DNA from: an uncultured Spirochaetota bacterium
Lineage (GTDB): Bacteria > Spirochaetota > Spirochaetia > SZUA-6 > Fen-1364
Assembly (NCBI GenBank): GCA_963734545.1
Contig: CAVTHO010000008.1
Coordinates: 224,001-288,000 of the forward strand
Reading direction: 5' to 3'
Length of the DNA: 64,000 nucleotides
A program made the translations under genes and the position numbers. A model generated the notes under the pieces. That model made no database searches. It worked only from the letters and a program-made list of their open reading frames with translations, and was not told the DNA's origin. Shown in pieces: positions 20,378-29,816 of the stretch (its first letter is position 1; every line of letters starts with the position of its first letter).

Positions 20378-21315
20378 TGGACGGGACGATCATTGACATC
20401 CGCCGCTTCACGCTCCATGACGGCCATGGCATCCGCTCGACCCTCTTCCTGAAAGGCTGCGGCCTGCGCTGCGCGTGGTGCCAGAATCCCGAAGGCATCG
20501 ACACTGCCGTCGGCCTCTGGTACCTCGCGAAGCAGTGCATCCGCTGCGGCCTGTGCGAGGCGAGCTGCCCGGTCGACGCAATCGGTCTGCACGCAGACGA
20601 GGATCCCTTCGTCCGGATCGACCGGGGGCTCTGCACACGCTGCGGAGCCTGTGTCGCCGCCTGTCCGACGACCGCGCTCTCGTTCGATGGAAGCAGGGTC
20701 TCCGCCGAGGAGGCCGCCGCGGCCCTCCTGCGCGACGTCGAGTTCTACCGGCAGTCGGGCGGAGGGATTACTATTTCCGGAGGCGATCCGCTCGTCCAGC
20801 ACGCGTTCGCACGGGAAGTGCTCGGCCTCTGCAAGAGGTCGGGCGTCCATACTGCCATCGAGACCTGTCTCTTCGGGGATTGGGAAGTTCTCGAACGCTT
20901 CATTCCCCTCACGGACCTTTTCATCATCGATCTCAAGATCGCGAACAGCGCGCTGCACGCGGAATATACCGGCCGTCCGAACGACCTCATTCTCGACAAC
21001 TACGCGAGGCTCGCCCGGGCGGGCGTGGAGCTCCTCACGAGGATGCCGCTGATCCCGGGCATCACGGCGACGGAAGCAAACGTGCGGGCGCTGGCGAGCA
21101 TCGTCCGGGAGACAAACCCGGGCGGGCGCGTCGAGTTGATCAACTTCAACCCTCTCGCGATCAACAAATACTCCCTCATGAACCGGGGCAAGGAGTTCTT
21201 CAACGGCATGGCTCCGCTGCCCGATGGCGAGGTCGAGGCGCTCCGCGCGCTGTTCGAGGCCGAGGGTCTCGCGGTAGTCCGGGAGCACAGACGATCGGAC
21301 GGTGTCGGGAGGTGA
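20377..21315 (+). CDS. Glycyl-radical enzyme activating enzyme with a 2x[4Fe-4S] insert
   Basis: GCGLRCAWCQNPE, CIRCGLCEASCP and CTRCGACVAACP; the start overlaps the GRE stop (TGATG). Confidence 0.92.
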   Translation: MDGTIIDIRRFTLHDGHGIRSTLFLKGCGLRCAWCQNPEGIDTAVGLWYLAKQCIRCGLCEASCPVDAIGLHADEDPFVRIDRGLCTRCGACVAACPTTALSFDGSRVSAEEAAAALLRDVEFYRQSGGGITISGGDPLVQHAFAREVLGLCKRSGVHTAIETCLFGDWEVLERFIPLTDLFIIDLKIANSALHAEYTGRPNDLILDNYARLARAGVELLTRMPLIPGITATEANVRALASIVRETNPGGRVELINFNPLAINKYSLMNRGKEFFNGMAPLPDGEVEALRALFEAEGLAVVREHRRSDGVGR

Positions 21316-21316
21316 C

Positions 21317-23194
21317 ATGGTCCGGGGTTTGATCGAGCAGGCGAAGGCGGGCCGGAGCGTGTACATCACCGACCTCCATGCCCTGTTCCGCGACCTTGCT
21401 GACCGGGAAAGCCATCGACTCGCCTGCGTCGTGGAGATGCTCGATGGCACGGGTCTCCGCCGTTTCGATCTGCGGGTGCCTCGCGTCGACGGCCTGGGCG
21501 GCGAGGAACGCGCCTTCGTCGAAGACTACATCCACGCGGAGGTCTACAACATCATCTCGGCCCTCGGGGGGAGGCGCATGGCCGTCTACTCCGACCAGGG
21601 ATCTGCGGAGTTCCTGACGATCCTCAATCGGCTGCCGGCTGTCTTCGGCATCGGACTCCCCCGCTCATCCCGCTCGGGCTACGGGCGTGCGGTCAACGTC
21701 ACGGACCGGATGATCGGCGCCCTGTCGCCGGGCGCGCCCGCCTTCTCGTTCGAGTTCGATTCCCTGGACCGGGCCCCGGCCGCGATGAGACCCCGGGCTC
21801 CCTCCGTGGACCTGGTCGGCTTTTTCCGCGGGCGGACCGAGCGGCTCGAAGGCAAGGCCCTGATCGGCCTCGACGTGGGCGGCACCGACATCAAGGCCGT
21901 TCTCGTCGACGACGGCCGTATCGTCGACTACACGGAGTACGACTGGTTCCCCGCGAGTTTCCTCCGTTCACGGCAGCTGGTGGATCCTATCTGCCTGATC
22001 GTACGCCTGCTTTTAGCGCGATTGTGGATCCATCGTCTCGGAGCAGCCGACGGCCGCCGAGCGGCCCTGGTCGAGCTCGCGGCGAAGGCCCTCCACAAGG
22101 GAAGCGCGCCGACGGGAACGGCGTCGGGTACGCCGCCGGCGGAGATGGCGCGCGCGCTGGCCGACCTTGAAGCGGCGGGGCTCGACAGGGGTCTCCGGTG
22201 CGACGGGATCGGGCTTTGCTTCCCCGACGTCGTGGTCAGGAACAAGATCGTGGGCGGCGAGGTCTACAAGACCCGAGGCATCCGCACCAACACTGCAATC
22301 GACTACGAAAGGGACTTCGCCGAGCTCACCGATCTCGATGTGCGCCTCCGGGAATGGGTCGCTCCCGAGGGGACGGTGCGCATCATCAACGACGGGCCAA
22401 TGGCCGCGTTCACTGCCGCGGTCGAGATGGCCGCCTCGCCCGACGCCAGGGACGTGACCCGGGGCGTTTTCGCCCATACGCTCGGGACCGAGCTGGGCAC
22501 GGGGTGGGTGACCGAGACCGGTGCGATCCCTGACATCCCGCTCGAGGTGTACAACTTCATCATCGATCTCGGCTGCTGGCCGGAGCGTGCCTTCGAGCCG
22601 GATGACCTCCGCAGCCTCAACAACTTCAACACCGGCCTGCCCGGCACGCTGCAGAAGTACTGCAGCCAGAGCGGCGTCTTTCGCCTCGCCCTCAAGCGGT
22701 TCTCCTCGGAGCGCCCTGATCTCCTCCGCGAGCTCGAAGAAAAGGGCTTCGTCGAGCGGCGCCCGGCGGACGGGACGGAGGGCTGGTACGTGCCCACCGA
22801 TCCCGTGGACCAGCGGAAGCCTTTCCTCGAACACATGATGAAGCTGCCCGACCGGGAAAAAGACGACACCAACCGCGAGATCTGGCGCGAGATCGGGAAG
22901 TCCCTCGCGGTGACTCTCCTCGAGACGCGGCGTATCCTCGAGCCGGGCACCGACCTGCGCTTCCTCTTCGGGCGTCTCGTCAAGAACGCCACATGCTTCG
23001 ACCTCATGGTGGAGGGCGCCCGGAGAGTCGATCCCGGGATCCTGCTCGCCGTGGCAGGCACCGGCATGGCCAACACCCCTCTCATGAAGCAGCTGAAAGG
23101 GCATCCGCACCTCACCGTCGCGCAGTTCGCGCAAGCCATCGGCGCCGTGTACTTCGCCAACCCGGCCACGGTAATCCGTGGCATTCAGGAATGA
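21317..23194 (+). CDS. Atypical large ROK/ASKHA-fold putative sugar kinase
   Basis: IGLDVGGTDIK, GIGLCFPDVV, IINDGPMAA and HTLGTELGTG match ROK motifs. It has a ~180-aa N-terminal extension and no CxCGxxGC. Confidence 0.6.
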   Translation: MVRGLIEQAKAGRSVYITDLHALFRDLADRESHRLACVVEMLDGTGLRRFDLRVPRVDGLGGEERAFVEDYIHAEVYNIISALGGRRMAVYSDQGSAEFLTILNRLPAVFGIGLPRSSRSGYGRAVNVTDRMIGALSPGAPAFSFEFDSLDRAPAAMRPRAPSVDLVGFFRGRTERLEGKALIGLDVGGTDIKAVLVDDGRIVDYTEYDWFPASFLRSRQLVDPICLIVRLLLARLWIHRLGAADGRRAALVELAAKALHKGSAPTGTASGTPPAEMARALADLEAAGLDRGLRCDGIGLCFPDVVVRNKIVGGEVYKTRGIRTNTAIDYERDFAELTDLDVRLREWVAPEGTVRIINDGPMAAFTAAVEMAASPDARDVTRGVFAHTLGTELGTGWVTETGAIPDIPLEVYNFIIDLGCWPERAFEPDDLRSLNNFNTGLPGTLQKYCSQSGVFRLALKRFSSERPDLLRELEEKGFVERRPADGTEGWYVPTDPVDQRKPFLEHMMKLPDREKDDTNREIWREIGKSLAVTLLETRRILEPGTDLRFLFGRLVKNATCFDLMVEGARRVDPGILLAVAGTGMANTPLMKQLKGHPHLTVAQFAQAIGAVYFANPATVIRGIQE

Positions 23195-23330
23195 GGACGC
23201 GGCGCTGCGGCGCCGCTCACGCTTTCGGCGTCGACGTTGTTCCCCGCCCACGTGGCGAGGTTCAGCACGTGCAACTGGTCCAGCACGACGGTAGCAGACG
23301 CGCTTGACGCCTCGCCGGCGTCCACACAGG

Positions 23331-25370
23331 TCAGTCCTCCTTCACCACCGCCACTCCAAGGGCCTCCAGCATTATCGCCCCTGTAATGTTACTTCCCGTC
23401 AGGAGCTCGAGGCCCGGTCCCCAGGCGTCAATTTGCGCGGCGTGAGAGCTGTGATTCAGATAAAATCTGTACCGGGTGCCCGACGGGCTCGTGCGTGCGG
23501 CAACTTCGACACCGGCCGGCAGAGCGCGGCCGCCAAGCACACGATCGGAAAGAGCAGGCAGCAGGAGCTCGGAGAGGCCGGCCGCATCGAGCACGGTGCC
23601 CAGGTAGAGACAGGCACCCTTGCCGAAGTGATGGAGGGTGGCCGCAACTCTGCCGGAATAATACCGCCCGCCGTATGTCGCGAGCGCGAGGGTGCCTGTC
23701 ACCGGGGAAAGTATCTCCGCGACTCCCCGGGCCGGCGCAGTGATTCCGCCGGGAAGCTTCACGCGCACGGCACAGCCGGGCACGGCGGAAAACACGTCCG
23801 CATCCTCGATCGTGCAGCCTGCCAGCCGGGTGAGGAATCCTGGAAACGGCTCTTCCCCCACGGCATTGTCCGGGTCTTTCATTCCGCTGAGCGGGCCGAG
23901 AACGAGGAGGCCGCCGTCCGCAGCAAAACGCTCGAGCTTCTGCGCTGCCTCCCGCGAGCATATGTGAAGATTGGGTGCCACCAGGACTGAGTATTTGCCG
24001 ATGTCGGTGTCCGGTCCCACACAGTCGAAATCAATTCCTCTGCCAGTGAGAGCTTGCGAGATGCAGCCTTCGAGTGATGGCGCACCGGGAGTCTCCCGTG
24101 CCTGCGGCTGAAACGCGAGGCTCCAATGCGAGTCATGATCGAACAGGATTGCCACCCGGGCTTCCGGCGCAGTGCCCTCGAGCTCAGCGGCAAGAGCGCG
24201 CATCTCTGTCCCGACCTGTCGGAGCTCCCTGTAGCGGGGGCCCGGGATGCCGCTGTGCGGAAGTATCCCGTGCCAGTACTGCTCGATCCCATGCCGCGCG
24301 GTCCGCCATCTGAAGAAGCAGACCAGGTCCGCTCCCCGTGCCAGTGCCTGGAAGTACCACACACGCATCCGCCCCGGCTCTGGAGTGGGCTGCACATAGT
24401 CCCAGCCGCCGGGGCCTGCCGCCTGTTCCATGACCCAGACATTCTGCCGCTTCAGACCGCGCATGAACGCGTGCGGGAAGGCCGAGGGTGCCCGGTCCTG
24501 GCCCTGCAGCTCGAAGAAAGGGTAGTTGTCCCAGGACACGACGTCCAGCTCTTGCGCGAGACGGAAGTAGTCGATATCGAAATAGTCCTTCATGAGATTG
24601 TGCGTGATCACCGCTCGAGGGTTTGCCTTCCGGAGAATAGATGCCTGGTCGGCGAGGAACCGTATGTTGGTCTCGGAGGAGAAACGCGCAAAATCCAGGA
24701 GGAGACCAGGATTTTGTCCCTGCTTCCCCATCCGGTCGGCGGGCTCCCGCGGAAGGCTCACCTCCCGGAATTCCCGGTAGTGCTGAGACCAGAATGCGGT
24801 CCCCCACGCGGAATTGAGCCTGTTGATGTCGTTCCCAAAACGCACGGCAAGCCATGCGCGGAAGCCGGACTCGCAGCGGGGGCAGAAACAGCGGGCCGTT
24901 CCGTGGCAGCCCAGCTCGTTGTCGATCTGCCACGCCGTGATCCGTTCGTCCCTGCCGTACCGAGCCGCCATCAGCCCGACCAGGCTCATGACCGCCCGCC
25001 TGTAGCCGGGATGAAGCTTGCAGGCGTCCTGGCGCATCCCATACTCCTTGAGCAGACCGTTCGATCTCACCTGGTGAATATCGGGATGCCTCGCGTGAAG
25101 CCAAGGCGGATAGGCGGCGCTCGGCGTGCAGAGGATCGTGCCTATGCCGTGCGCCGCGAACAGGCGAATTGCCTCGTCCAGCGCGCCGAAATCGTGCTTT
25201 CCCCTCGAGGGCTCCAGCTCCGACCAGGCGAACTCGGCCATGCGCACGAGGGTGACCCCCGCTTCGGCCATGAGCTGTGCGTCCGTTTCCCATCTGTTCC
25301 GGGGCCACTGCTCGAAATAGTACGGCACGGCCAGCCGAAGTCTCGAGAGCTCACCGTTATCCTGCGCCAT
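23331..25370 (-). CDS. GH42 beta-galactosidase
   Basis: YYFEQW, RMAEFAWSELEP, WQIDNE, CFCPRC, LNSAWGTAFWSQ, WVMEQ, FFRWR. Confidence 0.92.
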   Translation of the reverse strand: MAQDNGELSRLRLAVPYYFEQWPRNRWETDAQLMAEAGVTLVRMAEFAWSELEPSRGKHDFGALDEAIRLFAAHGIGTILCTPSAAYPPWLHARHPDIHQVRSNGLLKEYGMRQDACKLHPGYRRAVMSLVGLMAARYGRDERITAWQIDNELGCHGTARCFCPRCESGFRAWLAVRFGNDINRLNSAWGTAFWSQHYREFREVSLPREPADRMGKQGQNPGLLLDFARFSSETNIRFLADQASILRKANPRAVITHNLMKDYFDIDYFRLAQELDVVSWDNYPFFELQGQDRAPSAFPHAFMRGLKRQNVWVMEQAAGPGGWDYVQPTPEPGRMRVWYFQALARGADLVCFFRWRTARHGIEQYWHGILPHSGIPGPRYRELRQVGTEMRALAAELEGTAPEARVAILFDHDSHWSLAFQPQARETPGAPSLEGCISQALTGRGIDFDCVGPDTDIGKYSVLVAPNLHICSREAAQKLERFAADGGLLVLGPLSGMKDPDNAVGEEPFPGFLTRLAGCTIEDADVFSAVPGCAVRVKLPGGITAPARGVAEILSPVTGTLALATYGGRYYSGRVAATLHHFGKGACLYLGTVLDAAGLSELLLPALSDRVLGGRALPAGVEVAARTSPSGTRYRFYLNHSSHAAQIDAWGPGLELLTGSNITGAIMLEALGVAVVKED

Positions 25371-25374
25371 GCAA

Positions 25375-26205
25375 TCACCCCTTGACCGCGCCGGCGGTCA
25401 TGCCGGCAATGAATCTGCGCGATGCGGCCCAGAATACGAGCATGACGGGTGCGAGGGCAAGCGTCGTGGCCAGCATCAGGACCCCGTAGTCCATCCCGCG
25501 GTAGGGATCCCCGCGCAGCAGGTTGAGCGCGAGGGGAAGCGTCATCACGTACTTGTTGGTCAGGACGAGAAAGGGATAGAAGAAATTGTTCCAGCTCCCC
25601 AGGAAGTTCATGATTCCCAGCGCCGCGTATGCGGGGACCAGCAGAGGGGCCACGATCCTGAAGAAGATGAGCACCTCGGGACAGCCGTCGATCCGCGCGG
25701 CGTCAATGAGGGCGGGATGGATCGTGGAGGAGATGTACTGGCGCATCCAGAACACCCCGAAGGCGCTCGCCGCGGCGGGGACGATCACGGCCAGGAAGTT
25801 GTTCGTCCATTTCAGCCTCGTGGTGATGATGAACCAGGGAACCAGGTCCACCAGCCAGGGCAGCATCATGGTCCCAAGGAGGGCGGCGAAGACGAGCCTC
25901 TTCAGCGGAAAATCCAGCATCGCGAACGCGTACCCGCCCAGCGAACAGAGAGCCAGGGAGAGGAAGGTGATGGCCGCGGCGACGATGACGCTGTTGAGAT
26001 AGTTCCGCCAGAAAGGCACCGTGGCGATCACGCTCGCGTAGTTTTCACCTGTCCGCATTCCCGGGAGCAGCGGCGGCGGGGTCTGCAGTATCTCGTGCGA
26101 GCTGTGCGTGGCCTCGATCAGCATGAAGAGAAACGGGAGGAAGATGATGAGGGAGCACGCTCCGAGGAAAATGTTGGCAGTGGTCCTTGCGCCCGCATCA
26201 CGCAC
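25375..26205 (-). CDS. Carbohydrate ABC transporter permease (MalG-like)
   Basis: LIDAARIDGC EAA loop, WNNFFYP, multiple transmembrane segments. Confidence 0.92.
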   Translation of the reverse strand: MRDAGARTTANIFLGACSLIIFLPFLFMLIEATHSSHEILQTPPPLLPGMRTGENYASVIATVPFWRNYLNSVIVAAAITFLSLALCSLGGYAFAMLDFPLKRLVFAALLGTMMLPWLVDLVPWFIITTRLKWTNNFLAVIVPAAASAFGVFWMRQYISSTIHPALIDAARIDGCPEVLIFFRIVAPLLVPAYAALGIMNFLGSWNNFFYPFLVLTNKYVMTLPLALNLLRGDPYRGMDYGVLMLATTLALAPVMLVFWAASRRFIAGMTAGAVKG

Positions 26206-27118
26206 GAGCCGACTCCCCTCTCTCCGACAGGAATCTGAAGCTGAAGATGCTCAGCACGACGATGATCAGCATGAGGAAATAGGCGATTGCCGAAGCCTGG
26301 CCGAAGGCGCCCCTTCGGAATCCCGTTTCGTAGATGAGAAGGGCAATGGTGAGCCCTCCCTGGTTTGAGCCCCCGAGGTAGCCCGCTCCCTGCCCTCCTC
26401 CGGTCAGGATGTATGCCTCGTCGAAGATCTGCATGCCCCCGATGAAGGAGAGGATCAGCGTGTACAGGATGATGGGACGCATGAGAGGGACCGTGACGTA
26501 ACGCAGAATATCCCTCTTGTTCGCGCCTTCCACTTCCGCACATTCATAGAGCTCGCGGTCGATGCCCTGCATCCCGGCAAAGTAGATGACGCAGTTCCAC
26601 CCGATCCATTTCCAGACGAAGAGGGTAATGATCACCGGCTTGATCATGCTTCCCGTGCCGTGAAACCAGGCCACCGGGGACACGCCCAGCCCGCCGAGGA
26701 GGAAGTTGATCATTCCGTATTTCTCGCCGAAGAGGGTGGTGAAGACGATCGAGACCGCTATGGTCGACGTCACCATCGGAGTGAAGAGCAGGGCCTGGTG
26801 GAGGTTTTTTTTCCGCACGTACTCGGTATTGAGAACGTAGGCGATGAGGAACCCGCCCGGCAGGATCAGGATATGGGCGCAGATCCAGATGTAGGCCGTG
26901 TTGTAGAGGGCTTTGAGAAAGGCGGGGTCCCTGAGGGTGGCGATGTAGTTGTCCAGAAAAACAAAGATCGGCGCGCCGAGACCTTTCCAGTAGGTGAAGC
27001 TGAGGAAAAGCGAGTAGAGAATCGGAAAGATCCCGAACGAGAGAAAGAGGACGATGAACGGCGCCACATAGAGGTATGCGACCGCGCTTCTGCCCGCCTG
27101 GATTCTCCCCCGCCGCAT
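26198..27118 (-). CDS. Carbohydrate ABC transporter permease (MalF-like)
   Basis: AGMQGIDRELYECAEVEGA EAA loop, multiple transmembrane segments. Confidence 0.92.
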   Translation of the reverse strand: MRRGRIQAGRSAVAYLYVAPFIVLFLSFGIFPILYSLFLSFTYWKGLGAPIFVFLDNYIATLRDPAFLKALYNTAYIWICAHILILPGGFLIAYVLNTEYVRKKNLHQALLFTPMVTSTIAVSIVFTTLFGEKYGMINFLLGGLGVSPVAWFHGTGSMIKPVIITLFVWKWIGWNCVIYFAGMQGIDRELYECAEVEGANKRDILRYVTVPLMRPIILYTLILSFIGGMQIFDEAYILTGGGQGAGYLGGSNQGGLTIALLIYETGFRRGAFGQASAIAYFLMLIIVVLSIFSFRFLSERGESARA

Positions 27119-27143
27119 TGGTTCCCGCCTTCCGATTCTGAGA

Positions 27144-27165
27144 GGGGCGGCCCGAGGGCCGCCCC
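27144..27165 (-). terminator. Intercistronic GC hairpin after the substrate-binding gene (mRNA stabiliser or partial terminator)
   Basis: GGGGCGGCC-CTCG-GGCCGCCCC perfect stem; no U-tract. Confidence 0.55.
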
Positions 27166-27176
27166 GCGCATGCTGC

Positions 27177-28493
27177 CTACTTGTTCCCCATGAGTCGGAG
27201 AACTATTTTTCGATCCGCCTGGGTCTTGATATCAATGGCGTTCACCATGGCCTTGACGGTGCCGGGGACATCAAGATTCTGGTCAAGGAACTTGTCCAGC
27301 TCGATGTTGAAGGCATTCTCGGCAACCCCATCAAGCGGGGTTACCACGAAGGGTCCCTGGGAAGAAGCGACATCCGCCCAGAGACGGCGCGTCTTCTGGC
27401 CCCCGAAGAACGGGTCAGGCTCGTCGTACAGCGCATCCTTCCACGCAGGGATCAACGCAGGGAAATAGTCGACGGTCTTCATGATCGTGTTCTCTGCCTT
27501 GGCGTCGGCGCAGAGATACTCGATGAACTTCCACGCGGCCTCGGGGTTCGTGGACTGCTTTGTCACGGCGAGGAACGAGCCTCCCCAGTTCTGAAGCGGC
27601 TGCTCGGGGACAGGAATGACTCCCCACTTTCCGATGGTGTCCTTCGCGATAAAGCTCTTCAGGAAGCCCCCGAACCAGCAGCCGGAGATGGTGGTGGCGA
27701 TCCTGCCCTGGTTGAGCATCGTGTACCACTCATCGGTCCATGCCGAGGTCTTTGCGTCCATTCCGTCATTCCTGAGCTTCTGCGCGATGGTGAGCACACG
27801 GCGGGTCGTCGGGTTGTCCACCGCGATGTTCATCTTCCTGTCGAAGAAGTTCTTGTGCGAATAGTAGATGTAGGGAACGCCGCGCGCATTGTCGATCCAC
27901 CAGACCTGGTTCTTGGGATCGTTCACCTTCTTCCCCACCTGGACGTAGTCGTCCCACGTCCTGATCAGCTTCGCGAGCTTTGCCGGATCGGACGGCACTC
28001 CTGCCTTGTCCAGCAGGTCACGGCGGTAGAAAATGCTCGCGGGTCCGATATCCCACGGGAAGGCGAAGAGCTTGCCGTCGGGAGACAGGGACAGGTCCCA
28101 CTTGTAGCCGACAAAGTCCTTCTTGTACTTTCCCGCGTTGTACGGCTTGTCCAGCAGGTTCACGAAGGCATCCGTCAGGGCGAAGGTGCCGATGTCGTTC
28201 ACCTCGATGAGCGAAACGTCGGGCGCGCCCGCCCCTGCCGCCAGTGCGGCCTGCAGCGCGTCCCGGGTTCCCCCGGCCTGGCCCGGTTTCATCTCCCAGC
28301 TCACCTCGATCCCCGGATACTTCGCCTTGAAGCCGGGCATGATGGACTCGAAGGCCTTGTCCGCGGAGGGCCAGGCCCAGACGGTCACTTTCCCCGTCAC
28401 GCTCGACCCCGTGTCCGCCGCGAACGCGGCCGCGGGAACGAGCAGCAGCGCCGCGATGAGGATCACGGCTGTCAACCACAGATCTTTCTTCAT
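27177..28493 (-). CDS. Carbohydrate ABC transporter substrate-binding protein
   Basis: MKKDLW signal peptide after SD AGGAGG; VTVWAW, GAPDV, FYRRDL, NWGGS. Confidence 0.9.
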   Translation of the reverse strand: MKKDLWLTAVILIAALLLVPAAAFAADTGSSVTGKVTVWAWPSADKAFESIMPGFKAKYPGIEVSWEMKPGQAGGTRDALQAALAAGAGAPDVSLIEVNDIGTFALTDAFVNLLDKPYNAGKYKKDFVGYKWDLSLSPDGKLFAFPWDIGPASIFYRRDLLDKAGVPSDPAKLAKLIRTWDDYVQVGKKVNDPKNQVWWIDNARGVPYIYYSHKNFFDRKMNIAVDNPTTRRVLTIAQKLRNDGMDAKTSAWTDEWYTMLNQGRIATTISGCWFGGFLKSFIAKDTIGKWGVIPVPEQPLQNWGGSFLAVTKQSTNPEAAWKFIEYLCADAKAENTIMKTVDYFPALIPAWKDALYDEPDPFFGGQKTRRLWADVASSQGPFVVTPLDGVAENAFNIELDKFLDQNLDVPGTVKAMVNAIDIKTQADRKIVLRLMGNK

Positions 28494-28494
28494 A

Positions 28495-29637
28495 TCAGCC
28501 TCCTGGATTTTTTTCCGACGCCTGGGCGCCGGCAAGTGTCTTCACGGAGTTTCGCTCCACGACCACCGGGTCGATGCTGATGGTGCTGCGGTAGTGCACA
28601 TTCGGCGTAATGACCCCATCAAGCAGTATCTGGGCCGCCTTTTCCCCGATGAACTGGTTGGGGTGATCGATCGATGTCAGCGAGATGCCCGGCAGCTCTG
28701 CGTAGTCGGAGTTGTCCACGCTTATGACGGAAAAGTCGGACGGTATCGAGTACCCGCTCGCATGGGCCGCCCGGTACAGCGCAATCGACATCTCGTCGTT
28801 GCAGCAGAAGAAGCCGCTGGGCAGCCGTGGCCGCGATTCGAACCAGCGCTCGAAGAACGCGTTGCAGTCCCGCACCGGGCCGACGGAGAGCAGGCGGTCA
28901 CCCGGCACCTCGATTCCCGATCCTGCGAGGTATTCCACGGCGCCCTGCCGACGCAGGCGAAAGGGTCGATGTTCCTGGGAGAAGACGATGGCGATGTCTC
29001 GGTGCCCCCGTTCGGCAAGGTAGCGCGCCGCCATTGCGCCCGTGGCGACATCATCCAGGACGATCGCGGGGAATCGATTGTCCCCGAATGTGTTGTCCAT
29101 GAGGACCACCTGGATGCCGGAATCCTGGATCTCGCACAGGAGCCGGTAGTTGGTGGATTCCAGGTCGCCGGGCACGCTCCCATCCTCCGCGCCTGCAATG
29201 ACGGGCTCGATGGCAATGCCTCTCACTCCCCGTTCCCTGAGCTTGAGGAGGACTCCCCTCTCCTTTTCAACGTTCGCTTCCGTCTGGTTGAGGATCATGT
29301 GAAAGCCGCCGCGCTGCGTGGCTTTTTCAAAACCAGCCGCGATGCGCGGGAATATGTATGAGCTCGCGTAATAGCAGACCAGGGCAAAGTCATCGGCCTC
29401 AGGACTTCGCCGGGCAAGGCAGTAGGTGCCGATGCCTTTCCTGGATTCGACCCATCCCGCGTGTGCAAGATTCGAGATTGCCTGGCGGGCGGAGCTCCTG
29501 GAAACTCCGAACCGGAGGCAGATTTCGCTTTCAGATGGCAGCTTGTCTCCGGGCTGGAGCCGTCCGCTCTCAATCTCCTGCTTGATCCAGTTTGTTATCG
29601 CCGAATGCTTACTTGTTATAATAGGTTGTTCGGACAT
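28495..29637 (-). CDS. AraR-like regulator (GntR HTH plus LacI-type sugar-binding domain)
   Basis: GDKLPSESEI..RFGVSRSSARQA, YIFPRI, IAIEP, FSVISVDNS, LTSIDHP. Confidence 0.88.
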   Translation of the reverse strand: MSEQPIITSKHSAITNWIKQEIESGRLQPGDKLPSESEICLRFGVSRSSARQAISNLAHAGWVESRKGIGTYCLARRSPEADDFALVCYYASSYIFPRIAAGFEKATQRGGFHMILNQTEANVEKERGVLLKLRERGVRGIAIEPVIAGAEDGSVPGDLESTNYRLLCEIQDSGIQVVLMDNTFGDNRFPAIVLDDVATGAMAARYLAERGHRDIAIVFSQEHRPFRLRRQGAVEYLAGSGIEVPGDRLLSVGPVRDCNAFFERWFESRPRLPSGFFCCNDEMSIALYRAAHASGYSIPSDFSVISVDNSDYAELPGISLTSIDHPNQFIGEKAAQILLDGVITPNVHYRSTISIDPVVVERNSVKTLAGAQASEKNPGG

Positions 29638-29644
29638 GCTTAAC

Positions 29645-29672
29645 AGAATAGCATTTAATGGTCATTTGTCAA
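29645..29672 (-). promoter_or_regulatory. Promoter of the AraR-like operon (leaderless)
   Basis: TTGACA-16 bp-TATTCT with an extended TG, 7 nt before ATG 29637. Confidence 0.6.
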
Positions 29673-29816
29673 GCTTTTTATTAAAAAAACTAGCTATTGA
29701 ATGTGACCTGTAATTATATGTTGTACGAATATTTAAAAACTACGGGAATCAATTCCTCTGCCGAAACTGCGGCAGCCACTCGCGATTGCGCGCGAAGAGC
29801 TGCGTCCTGCTCCGAT

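Noticed and set aside
710-22013. Long alternative-frame and antisense ORFs (e.g. 710..3055, 7042..9156, 14557..16701, 18269..20209)
   Set aside because: Typical shadows of high-GC codon bias; the translations have no motifs and overlap well-supported genes.
23195-23330. Coding-like stretch between the kinase and GH42 genes
   Set aside because: No credible start, SD or recognisable motif; it could be a gene remnant but I cannot support that.
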